From NCBI RefSeq assembly GCF_009914755.1, contig NC_060935.1: DNA of 64,000 nt; one strand, given 5' to 3'. The DNA is from the human T2T-CHM13v2.0 reference genome, Homo sapiens. Position numbers and translations under genes: made by a program. The notes below the pieces were generated by a model. It was not told the DNA's origin and searched no databases. It saw only the letters and a program-made list of their open reading frames with translations. Positions 52,100 to 64,000 of the stretch are shown piece by piece (within the stretch, counting starts at the first letter, position 1; the number at the start of each line of letters is the position of its first letter).

Positions 52100-52395
52100 G
52101 CACTTGAGCCCAACTTTGGAACCAAAGAGACCTGAATTTGTGTCTTAGTTCTACAACTCATGTGACTTACAGCAAGTCACTTTAACCCATCTGAGCCTGT
52201 TTCCTTATTTGAAAAACAGGAATGATAACAATAGCTGCTCCTTTATCATGACATAATATGAGGGATATGTGAGCTAAGAAATATAAAATGCTTAATGGAA
52301 TTATAGCATATAGAATCAGCAACTAAAACATATAACAACATTCTATATATCTAGTAATACCTACAACATAGTAGTTGCTCAATAAATATTAGATC
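52100..52395 (+). mobile_element. MIR
   Basis: actttggaaccaaagagacctgaatttg…gcaagtcactttaacccatctgagcctgtttcc. Confidence 0.7.
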
Positions 52396-52549
52396 ATTTT
52401 TCTCTCTCATGTAACTTTATGTATTTTCATATGGTTATATAGATTTGAAGTAAAATATTAAAAATATTCTTTTGAGAATATTTATCAATTTTTGGTCCCT
52501 AAACTTGGTGTTTCACTTTCATATCTGAAACTGTTTCTGTATTCTAGCA

Positions 52550-53050
52550 CGTGAGCCCCCAGGATTTGGTCTCTGCCATTGTGGAGTTTATATTCTACAT
52601 GGGGAAATAGCTATTTAAAAATACTTATTATTTCAGTTGTTATAAGTGCTGCGAAGAAAACCAAAACAGGGTAAAGGATTAGGAAATTATTGGTGTGATC
52701 CAGAGGGCTAAATTACATAGGGCCGTAGGGGAAGATCTAGTGAGGCAGTAGCCTATTTGAGTGAAAATCTGAATAAGGGGATAGTATGAGCCCTGAAAAG
52801 TTCTGTGAGAACATTTCATTCAGAGGGAATACCAAATGCTATGTTGCCAAAGAAGGACTGAGCTTGGTATGTGTGAGGAAAAGACAGAAGGCAGCCATGC
52901 CTGTTGTGAGGGGGGTGGGTAATGAGGTTGGAGTAATAAGGGGAGACCAGGTCATGTAGGGCCATGTGGGCCATGGTAAGGGGTTTAGATATAATTATGA
53001 ATGTTTTGAGAAGCCATTAAAAGCTTATTCAACTATAGCAGTGGTAGGAT
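52550..53050 (-). mobile_element. L2 3' region
   Basis: ggagtttatattcta…ataagtgctgcgaagaaaa…cagagggaataccaaatgc…gggccatggtaaggggtttaga. Confidence 0.75.
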
Positions 53051-54689
53051 AGTCACTATTGGTGACATCAGTAGTTCAGTAATCTATGTATTTAGTAGCA
53101 TTTCCTATATTTCCAATATAGAAATTGTTGAGGTAGAGTAAGGGTAGTTGGGTATTGTTGAGTTCAAAGAGGTGGCACAGGAAATGACTCTGTCCATAAG
53201 GTACTTAATATTTAAGTGAGGAGACAAATCTATTACAAACTGAGTCATTTGCAAATAATTTGCTACACTGTATTACTATCTCTAAGTGCAAAAGAAGTTA
53301 AAAGTAGGAACAGTCCCCTGTGGTTTGGAGCAATTTAAAAAGACTGTCATTGTTACTGTTATCATCTTCATCATCATCATCATCATTTGGGTTGGTGTCC
53401 ACTTTTTTTTAGAGTACAAGACTATTGTAAAAAATGGTCTGCAGTAAGCAATTTAGTCACAAGTTTAAGTGGATGTTTTCTTCACCAGTCAAATGAAATT
53501 GTATGGATTTGGACCAAAATACCCAGTCTCACCAGTAAAGAAGAGAAGAGAAGGTGAGTTGGCTAGGCGTATCCTTAAAGGCAGTCATTCTACCTGTATT
53601 AATGTAGACCAATTACTGTTATGGAATCTAACTCAATCTGATTGGTATGCCCAACTCTTACAGAAGAGAGAAGGAGGAGGCATGTGGTAAAGAAAGCAGT
53701 GGAGATTTTCTCTTCCTTCCTTTAAATTCATGGTGAATTCATCTTATAAGTGAATGGAAATACTGGACTGGATTACATGGAAGAGTTAGATATTTGAAAT
53801 AGAGATGTGAATCATCCTGATACAGATAAGTAAATAAGGATGAAAAAGTGTTTAGAGAAAAGGGTATACGACCAGTGTCCTGGAGGAGAACCCCATGTAG
53901 AGACCTGGAGGTGGAAGAAGCAGTAGTAAAAGTGGCAATAAAATTAAGAGATTATAAAATGGAAATAAGAGGCAGAAAGAGTTGGTGGTTGGCGGTACTG
54001 CTAGAGGATCATACAGGCTCAGGAGGGTGAAGGCACTGAAAATTCCATTGTATTTGGCAAGAAGAGAGTCATTGGCAGTATTCCAAAGAGGAGAATCATT
54101 GCTGTCTCTAATAACAGGATTTAAAAAGAGACATTTTGATAGAAAGTTGGATAGCGGGTAGAATTTGGAGGGTTTTGGCAGTCAAAGGATTAGAAAGAAT
54201 TGGAGAAAAACCTGATGAAGACAGCAAGGTCAAGTGAAAGATATTTTGTCCTCCTCAGGCCAACTGTTAGGATGAAGAATACTTGAAGGCTAGATGGGAA
54301 AGCAGAATAAAGATGCTTAAGGCATCATTTCAGGCAGGCAGCATACAGGTGGAGGAGCTGGCTTTGTGGAAGAAGAGGAAACATTTTCTTCTTAGGCTAG
54401 AAGGAAGGGTTAAAAGGTCCAAGCCGGAAGAGGGGGTCTATTGTTAAAGTTAAATATACTTGGAGAGATCCATGCCTGTGAATGCACTGGCTCGATCTTT
54501 TCATTCAGTACATTTTCTGTAACATAATGTCTTTCTCCATCTTTCAGAAACCACGAAAACCAGCGCTACCCTATGTAAATAGAAACGTAAGGTTTCTCCC
54601 TGGAGGGACCTTTGAAATGTAGTGTACACTTTATTGCTCTCTCACATTCTCAGCACTTTGTTTGGCAAAGGTGTTTTCTGAGGGTGGAG

Positions 54690-54925
54690 AGAACCTGATG
54701 GCATTATTTGTGCAGCTAAATCTGGGTTTGAGAGCTCTGCAAAATGGCATTTAATTCTTATTCCCTCGGTGCTCTTGGGGAAATCTCATAATTGCTCTCT
54801 CAGTCTCTCCATCTGCAAAACTGGTATAAAATCCCTCTTTTCCTTCCTAGGGCATTGCGGGGATTACTAAGTTAATGTTTTATAAATCTCTGGAAAGATT
54901 CTAAATGTGAAGTTCCATCATTACC
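54690..54925 (+). mobile_element. Ancient CORE-SINE (MIR3/MIR1_Amn-like)
   Basis: ctcagtctctccatctgcaaaactgg…ggggattactaagttaatgttt. Confidence 0.5.
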
Positions 54926-55924
54926 CACCTACTAGATATGATGACACTCATAATGATATATTTATTACCTCATGTTCATTTCCACAGCAATAGCCTGTGC
55001 ATTTGTAGAGATATGCTTTCTGTGCCAGGGCACAAACTGAGACAAACCATCTATCACTCAGAGACACGTCAACAAGAAAATAAAAAGTGAACACATGGTT
55101 TGTTTTGACCTAAATATTGTTTTGGGTGCAGAGCCTGTTGTGAATTTTTCTCCTGAAAACAAAGTCTGCCCCCTACCTTGCTGGAAAAATATTTAAAAGG
55201 AGACCTGAAGGCTTCTTGGGTCATGCTGGGTTTGAGATGTCAATAAACAAAGTATGAAATCCAACTGTGAATAGGTGTGATTTATCAGTGACAGCAATTT
55301 AAAAACATTTTTAATTTTTAAAATTAAAGTTATTTTAATCAAATAACTTGATTGTTCAAATAACAATCAAGTCAGGAATCTCTGAATTTTAATTAGGAAG
55401 AATGATAGTTTCTGTTTGAAACCGTGACTCATGGAGGGGTCCTTCCTCTTTGTGAAGTGTTAGTGTAAGGAATTTCTGTTTGTCTGCTCTTGTGCCAAAG
55501 CTCTGGATTACAATGGATCTAGCATCCAGCTCGTCATAGTCCATAAAATATCTGACTCTATTTTAGTTAATTCAACTAATGAAGATGGAGTTTGTCATGC
55601 AATGTCCTCATTGGAGTAGTTTTGTAAGAATAATACAAGTGGAACGTATTGAGGGCTCATGCTTCTAACAAAAGTTTGGTGTGTAATAACCTCTAGGTAA
55701 TGCAGAGATGGCTTGTGAAGAATCAAAGAGAGCAGGTCCATCTTACTTCTGCCACCCAAAATACCATCTTAAAGTAGGGAAGAGGACCTTCTTTGGAAAG
55801 TAAGAGTGTGGTCTTTTTCTTTTCCTGCCCATTTTCTCACTTGCCTTTGCTGTTTTCTAAATGTGCTGCCATGACTGGTGAAGCCTAAAATAGTACCATC
55901 AATTCAGTCTCTAGTTATCCATCC

Positions 55925-56296
55925 TAACTCAGGGACACTTGCTTTTCCCGGTGCCTGGAAAGCACTTCCCCTCACATCTGCATAGCTGGCTCCCTTACTT
56001 CCTTCAGGCCTCTGGCAAAGGTCTCCATTTCAGTGGAGCTTCCCTGGCCATCTTTCCAAATGTTCAGTCCCTACTGTCACTTGCTTTCTCCTCTCTCTGT
56101 TAGTTTTCCCTTCTTACAACTTATCACTATCCACCACATTACATACTTTACTCATTTACCTTAATCATGATCTGTCTCTTCCACTAGAAAATTTGTAAGC
56201 TCTGTGAGGGCATGAATGTTTGTTGCTTTTCTTCAATCCATATCCTAGACACTAGAATGGTGCCTGGTACATGGTAGGCACTTGATAAACATTTGT
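55925..56296 (+). mobile_element. L2a 3' end
   Basis: gctggctcccttacttccttcagg…tgtaagctctgtgagggca…tgcctggtacatggtaggcacttgataaacatttgtt. Confidence 0.85.
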
Positions 56297-56364
56297 TCAC
56301 ATTGTAGGTGATCAGTAAATATGACCAGCAAATATTCAATGTCCTGGGTACTGTGGTAGATGCT

Positions 56365-56895
56365 AAAGATATATTCAGTTGCAAGTAACCAAAAATCCAG
56401 CTCAAAATAAACAATAAGGAAGCTTTGTTGGCCCATGTGCACATAAGTCTGGAGGTCAGGCAGTTTGGGGACTGGGTTGGCACAGCAACACAAGGATGTC
56501 ATCAAGGACCTGAGACCTTTCCTTTGTTCCCATTTTTTTCCTATGATTCAGCTTTATGCTAAGCCTCCTGGGATCTCTCTGTGGATTTGAGATGAGTGTC
56601 AAGAACAACATTATCTTTCATATCTGGGGAAACAGATAATGATCTCTGAGAAACTCTATCAGAAGTGCTAGAAAGCTCCTTTTTCAGGAGCTCCCCAGCT
56701 TGTATACTCACTTCTGAACTAAACACCGTGACTGGCAGATACACTGATTCGCTGAAGCTTAATCACATGCTCCATCCCAAGAGCCTGGGTTGGACTTGAA
56801 ATATCTCAAAGCACCTGGGCTATGTGTGTGGGCACCCTAATGAAAATCAGGATATTTATAAAATGAAAACCAAATGGATAACAGGGAGAGAACAA
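56365..56895 (-). mobile_element. MLT1J-like LTR
   Basis: cagttgcaagtaaccaaaaatccagctcaaa…gatgtcatcaaggacc…. Confidence 0.7.
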
Positions 56896-58260
56896 CAAAA
56901 CTCTTTTAAACCAGTAAGATCACATGTTGTACAAAGCCTAATACCTACCGAGGGAAATTAATTATGTATATTACAATCATGTGCTGTGTGCTATAGGATG
57001 GGAATACAAATGTGAGAGTTTAATGAGATCACATATGTAATTGTATTGGAACTGTTAGATGCACTGGAGTTTAATAACTGCTTTTAAAATTGCTCTTATT
57101 ATTACTTCAGTACACAGAAGCTTTGGAAGAGTATTCTGAAGGTCATCTCTCTTGACCATCACTAGCTTTGGATGAGGCTTTGGTCACAGTTCTGAAAGTC
57201 TGCAATGAATTAACTCTAAGGCAATTTGTTTTATCTTCTAAGGTCTGACATGGTAAAATTTATCCAATTATATATTTTTTGTTTAGGTCATATCATAAAA
57301 AAGAGAAATGGGAATTAAAATTGTTTAGATTCTGATTTTTAATATATTGCTAGCTCTTTATAGAAAACCTTTCTTCAATTGGAGGTTTTAAAGTTAGGAA
57401 ATTAATCGTCATCTAGCTGTCATCCTTATTTTAATGAATAATAAACAGGCCCATGGGGTTAACTTGCTCCAAGGTTATGAAGTTAGTGACAGTACTGGGA
57501 ATTAAACCCTGATCATCAGACTCTGGTTGAGTTTTTTTCCAAATTATGTGTCAGAATTATCTTGGTTATTGACATTGTGGAAAATACCTGAATGATTATT
57601 TTTATAGACCCTGCAAAGTAGTCTGCCTGTGTCCCAGTATAGCAAGAAATGAAGTGCTCTGGAAGATTTAGTTTTTACAGATGAAAAATGGTCAATTTTA
57701 TGGTTTTGAGAAATTAGAGACTCAATTTTATTCCAGCTTGTACCCATATGCACATCCATTGCACACATAATGTATTTGCAGAAAGAAATCTTGCTTGATT
57801 AAACTAAGTGATCTTGACAATCAAATTTGAGATCTCAAGTGCAAAAGAAATAGAATATTAAAAGAAAGAATCTCACTGGAAAACTTTTAGTCTTTGATAT
57901 TCAGTTAATTGTTCCTTCAGGACACAATCTGAAGCAAGCCACCTTCCCTCAGCTCTGTAGGTTTTCTCTAAGCATCTAGAGCTGGAAGATTTCTTTGGCA
58001 ATCACATACAATGAATTGGCGTTTCCTATTTGTTTTTTATCCTTCTGTTTCACTGTGTGATCTTGGGTGAGCCAGTTAACCTCTGTGTGCCTCACATAAT
58101 AAAAACCAGTTCCTCCCTACCCTAGTAGTCCCATCTCTACTAGAGATGTGGTCAAGATAAATTATGCTTCAGTGGATTTTAAGTAAGAAATCTGAAGATA
58201 AATTGATGGTAGTATATGAGCCTTATAAATCCAAGAGGAATGATAAAAGGAGGTGATTAA

Positions 58261-58720
<460 letters not shown>

Positions 58721-58922
58721 TGAGTAAAGTCATGACTCAAAAGTCATATGCTCTGAAACCAAATTTCAGACCTGTCTCTTCCATCCCTATAAAATTCTAC
58801 CAGCTGGGGGCGTCTGCTGATCAACAGAAATTTCCTGTTAGGATGAGCCTTTCTGCTCCTCTCAAGAAACATGCCTTGGTGGTAATGAACTATCCACAGC
58901 ATTATCCTGGGATGGCAGGCAC

Positions 58923-59390
58923 TGTGGACTGGTCCATTCAATACTGATTCCAGTGCCTGCAGGCATGCCTTCCTGTTGTTCTACAGAGTCTGGGATGACT
59001 AGATCCACATTTCTCAAATTCCCTTGCTATCTGGGTCCCAAGTATGACTTAGGGTCTTCTAAATAGATAAATTGTTGGTAGCTTTGACAAGGAACTGAGT
59101 TATATATAAAAATAGGATGGGACAGAGGTTTCCATTTTGCGGGCTTAAATCACGGCAGAGGCATGGTGTCAGCTTCCTGCTTTATTTGCAGGCCTTGTGA
59201 CTTGACACCTTCCAGATCATGGCCGAGGTAGTGTGGTTCTGAAGTAATAGAAGCTTTGTGATTCTACAGCCTCCTGATGGTGGCAGAAGCTGAGTTTTCC
59301 TTGTTATCCCAATTCTGTGGTGTGGTTTGGGGGATTGTTCCTGAAAGTTCACCCTGGAGTCTCTTTGTCATCCTTCCTCTGTTGCCTCCG
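58923..59390 (+). mobile_element. LTR33A-like ERVL LTR
   Basis: cacatttctcaaattcccttgc…cccaattctgtggtgtggtttggggg…cctgaaagttca. Confidence 0.65.
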
Positions 59391-61514
59391 TCTTCTCATC
59401 TGCAAAAGGACACAATGATCAAAGCCCAGCAGCCATCTTGAATCATGAGATAACTAAAAGGATCACTATTTTGTGTTGCTGAACCTAATCCTAATGGATA
59501 CATAGGCCCTATGAAACAGACGCACGGTATGGCACAATTAAGACTATTTCTAGGCAGGTGGCAACTGAGTGTAGCTCCTCCTTCTATGTCCCAACTTATA
59601 TGTAAGTAAAATGAAGTAGAAATATATGCTGATGAACAAATATTCTCAAAAGGGCAACCCAAGTGGGATGTAGGGAGAAGTGCATCTGGGTAAGGATTTA
59701 AGGAGTGACTGTATGCACGTGAGTCTCCAGGCCAAACTCCCATTTTACACCTTTACTAGTTGCCTTTTTGTGTTTGTGTTTACCATGAAAGGCAAGAGGC
59801 AAAGACTACTTTGCTGTAACTCACTGGAATTCATGAACAGTTTTGGCTAAACTGTGTGCAGCAGGATGAACTTTTTATTATCATAATAGCTTGCAGGAGA
59901 ATTCTTCTTAGGAATTTTTGCTTGGGACAATAATAAGCCAAATGAATGAAATTGAGAGAATCAAGGTATAGTTAGAGTACTCTGTCATAGAAATAAATAG
60001 GAGTTTGTAGGTGATGGAGAAGGAGGAAAGAAAGGGGAAAGGAGAGGGTAGTCAAGGAGATGATGTGAAGCTCGGGCATTATATGGGGTGAAATAGCTAG
60101 CGAAAAGTCCTTGGTGGAGTAGCCAAAGGACTTGTAGGAACAAGGATGTCCCATGTTCAATTTGTTAAGTTGGCATAGTGGGGCTGTAAGGCCCTCTTCT
60201 TCAAACATAAATATATCACTTCATTAAACAGTAGAACTATCCATTGGCTGAATGAATTCATTCAAATTATATACCTGAGCCCTAACTCACTGGAATTTAT
60301 GTAAATCTTACATGGGGCATTGGGTTTCTATGGTTGTGCAGTAGTAAGTCAGGAAATCTCATGGTGACCATTGGTTATTTTTCTTTCCAAGAAGCTCCCT
60401 GTAGACAGATTCTCCATTATAAAGTCCCGGCAAGATGAATACCCATCAATGTTTCAACTTAGAGCAGAAGATGAGACTTGAAAGATAAAAGACCTGCTTT
60501 ATTAACCAGGTAAAAGAAGTCTGTGTCAAGACTAATGTAAGAACAAGGAGCTGGGAGATGGACCATGGGGCCACCAGTAACAGGAGGTGAAGGAAGGGAA
60601 GCAAAAATGAGGAACAGAACCAGAAAAACAGGAATGGGTTAAGTATAAAGTCTGATTTGGAAGGAAAAACACACATAACATCCCAAAATGATACCTAAAA
60701 ACAAGTGAGAAAAGGAACGATGGTGGAGCATTAGTTTCTGGAGAGTTTCTGGGGAGAAGGTGTTAGTTTAGAAAATGGGGACTGTGTAAGGGAAACAGCA
60801 AGTCAAGTGCATTGCAATGTTATTGTCTGCAGGAAGCCTCAGGTGGGCCAAGTGATGGGCTGAGGGGATGATGCTATGGAACACCTTAGGACAAGCTCCT
60901 GCTGAGTGGAAGTTAGAAGTAAACCACTGTTTTTCTTACACATTTGTATCTAAGGACAGTTGCATTCTGATTGAGTCAACTAATTTGAGGTATGTGAAAT
61001 ATGCATGCATGTTTACATCCCTGCATCTGTTTTTGTGTTGGAGGCTAAACCTGGATGAATAAGCTCTTACAAAACAATGCATGTAAAGCTTTAGGTTTTC
61101 AAATTTGTCCGTAATAGAGAGAGAGAGGAAGAGACAGGAGATAAAGGTTTTGTTAGCAGGAGCACCCTATCTTTTATGTGGCAGTTTTTCCTTTCTACTC
61201 TGTCACTGGGGCCTTATCCCCAGGGAAATGTTCCTAGGAATGAAGACAAGTAGATATTTTTGCACTAGAGTCTGCTGCTTTTAGCGTGACTGTCTCAAGA
61301 GCGTGATAGGAAATGAAGGTAGTAGTTACTGCAGGTAGAAGACACTGAATAACAGGCATGAATAGAATGCTAAGCATGAACAGTAGTTTGAGTGGCAGGG
61401 TATGCTGTAATTGGAGATCCAGGGAGAGAAAGGCTGACAGACTCTGAAACCCAGAGATGAGGTAGGGTTTCCCATGACAAGGAAGTTCTAAAATGCTGTT
61501 TCATGGTGCTCTTT

Positions 61515-61970
61515 ATCTCAGGCTCTGGAATCAGGCAGATCTGATGGGAATCATCACATATTGGCATGTACCTTGGGGCAAATCATTTTAACCTCTTTGC
61601 ACCTCAGTTTCCTCAGTCACAAAACTTAAAAATAACAATACTACCACATAGGGTTGTTGTGATGATTAAATGAGTTGGCACATGTAAAGCGCTTGGAAAA
61701 ATGCCAGGTACATAGTCAGTGCTATATAGCTATATGTGTTGTTTATTATTATTACTACTATTATCATTTCTTGTGTGCCAAGCACACAAGGCAGTGTTTC
61801 GTATAGAATATCTAATTTAATTGTCATAACAATTCAGTGAGTAGGTATTATTATTCCCATTTTACAAATGGAGAAATTAAGACTTAGGTTAAATAATTTA
61901 TCCAACTTATAAGTGGTAGAATTGGTTTATAAACCTAGACAGGCCACATCTAGAGCCCCAGTTCTTAGCA
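61515..61970. mobile_element. Tail-to-tail MIR pair: plus at about 61515-61755, minus at about 61765-61970
   Basis: cctcagtttcctc…catagggttgttgtgatgattaaatgag; gtaggtattattattcccattttacaaatggagaaa. Confidence 0.85.
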
Positions 61971-62614
61971 ATGTAAACTGATTAGGTACCTGACATTTGC
62001 TAATGGCTTGGCAAATAATAGCTACTATTATAATCATTTAAAATGGAATTGGTATGTGGTAGAAGGAAAGAGCTGATTCAAATAATTGAGATAGAAAGAT
62101 GTGGGTTGGTATTGTTTAAATTAACCAGATATCAGATGTAGAAAGGAAATACCACAATTAACCTTTGGATTTAGGATACATAGACTGATGGTGCTGCTGC
62201 TGCTATCTCTTGATTATCCAATTGTATGATTTACAATGAAAGAGTCAAATAAGCTTGATCTCTTCCACATGTCTTAGACATTTTTAGTAAGACATGCCCA
62301 AGAAAAAGATGACTGGGTTCTGGGGGCCCGTCCTTAACCTTTATAGTGAAACCTGCCCTCTGTTAACTTAGTCCTCAGAAGCAAAGTCAGTATCAGGGTC
62401 GTGGGCCAGAAGTACCAGGAGTAGCACGTGTGTTAATTTTTGTATTCCAACATTAAATGTCAAGGGTGAAGGAATTTTCTTTCACAACCTCAGGGGTCTA
62501 CTTCTGTTTCTTCTCTACTTCTTTTATGTCTTTCCCTCATTCTATCTTCAGGGTTTAGCCCAGGGCCTAGAACAAAGTAGGTTTGCAAGACGTATTGGTT
62601 GAGAGACTGTGTGC

Positions 62615-62805
62615 CCTCAGACTGAATCTGCTTCTGCCTCCCTTGGACAATATAAGTGAAGGAAGCTATTTCATGCCTGTAAGTTTCATCCTACTCGTTG
62701 GTAAAATGGTGATAATAATATTTATCATCAAAGGCTGTTGTGAGGATTAAATTATGTAATGTGTATAAAATCTTCTGTGTAGTGTCTGGTGCACAGAAAG
62801 CACTA
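62615..62805 (+). mobile_element. MIR
   Basis: gtaaaatggtgataataata…gttgtgaggattaaatt…gtgtctggtgcacag. Confidence 0.75.
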
Positions 62806-62812
62806 GTATCAG

Positions 62813-63320
62813 TGCCATTCTCTGCTCTACCAATCAGAATCTGACAGAAGAAAAAAAACATTTTATTCCTGAATAGTTAAAAAAAAAAATGACCAATGAT
62901 AAAGGGCCACTTACAGAGGCATAAGTGGGATTAAGGATATAAAAAAGAAGGATGAGATAAACAGTGCTAATTTCATCAGGAAGCCTTTCCCATCTTTAGG
63001 TCTGAAAGGATGAGGGGAAGAAATAGTGGTGCCAGAGGCCAGAGAGAGCCGGGGTCATGGAGCTGAGGAGGCTTGGTGAGAGCTGTCATTATAGTCGCCT
63101 TTATCACCTCATAGCTGTGGTCGTAAGAGTGACACCAAACTAGGAGGGAAGAAACTGGGAAGAATTACTCCTACTTCTCTCTCCTCCTGCCCTTTATCTG
63201 GAAGCCAGCCAACAGGGCCCTCCAGGGATACAGTGCAGGACAGAAAAGGTAGAGTATAGCTATGAGAGTGAGGTGGGTGGATGGCAAATAAATGGAGAAC
63301 CACCAGTTCCCATAACCAAA
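62813..63320 (-). mobile_element. Old ERVL LTR (LTR40/LTR67B-like); family uncertain
   Basis: ataaagggccacttacagagg…caggaagcc…taggtctgaaggatgagggg…gccaacagggcc. Confidence 0.5.
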
Positions 63321-63365
63321 CAGTAAACAGAACGGGAAGAAAATGCAACTCACTTTTATCATCTA

Positions 63366-63687
<322 letters not shown>

Positions 63688-64000
63688 TCACATCATGGCA
63701 CTGAGAGATTCCGATGCATTAGGCTTCTAAAAGTGGTACTGAAGAAATTTCCTTAGAACCCCTTTTAGTGAGAGTGATAGTAGTTCCGTGGGGGATTTAA
63801 TAGCTGTTATTTGAAAAACAGTTCTCATGCTTAAATTAATGGGGAAATGAGGAGCTGAACAAAATTAAACAGATTTATTTGCTGAGAGTTTTCTCAGAGC
63901 CTTTGCTAGCTAAGGAACATTTTGAATCTCTCTGTGGGAGATGTAATGTGCCGCATTCCCCAAATTTGTTTTCTTGGAGAATTTTACGAATAAATACTTC

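Overview
This is primate, almost certainly human, intronic DNA. It carries one coding exon: 126 bp on the + strand at 30227-30352, encoding a calcium-binding EGF-like domain ((D)IDECAAKMHYCHANTVCVNLPGLYRCDCVPGYIRVDDFSCT(E)) that I recognise as NELL1. At least 30 kb of intron lies upstream and at least 33 kb downstream. The rest is unique intronic sequence plus a layered record of transposable elements: about 10 Alus, many MIR and L2 fragments, L1PA/L1PB/L1M pieces, a full-length THE1A MaLR provirus, solo LTRs (LTR10-like, LTR9, MER52, MLT1, LTR33A-like), hAT MITEs and microsatellites. Nearly all ORFs in the track are chance or repeat-derived. I found no prokaryote-style system (no CRISPR array, operon or RNA gene) and cannot claim a new biological system. 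The best leads are: (1) a THE1A internal ORF re-opened to 245 codons behind a new strong-Kozak ATG, directly downstream of an LTR with a DUX4 motif; (2) a decayed RTE-clade LINE remnant at about 25.9-26.8 kb; (3) candidate recursive-splice or poison-exon signals at 5.8-5.9 kb and 7.4 kb; (4) short templated insertions copied from 0.5-0.9 kb away; (5) a four-level nested insertion, MIR>hAT>Alu>L1. Repeat subfamilies were named from memory of the consensus sequences, and boundaries of old repeats are approximate.
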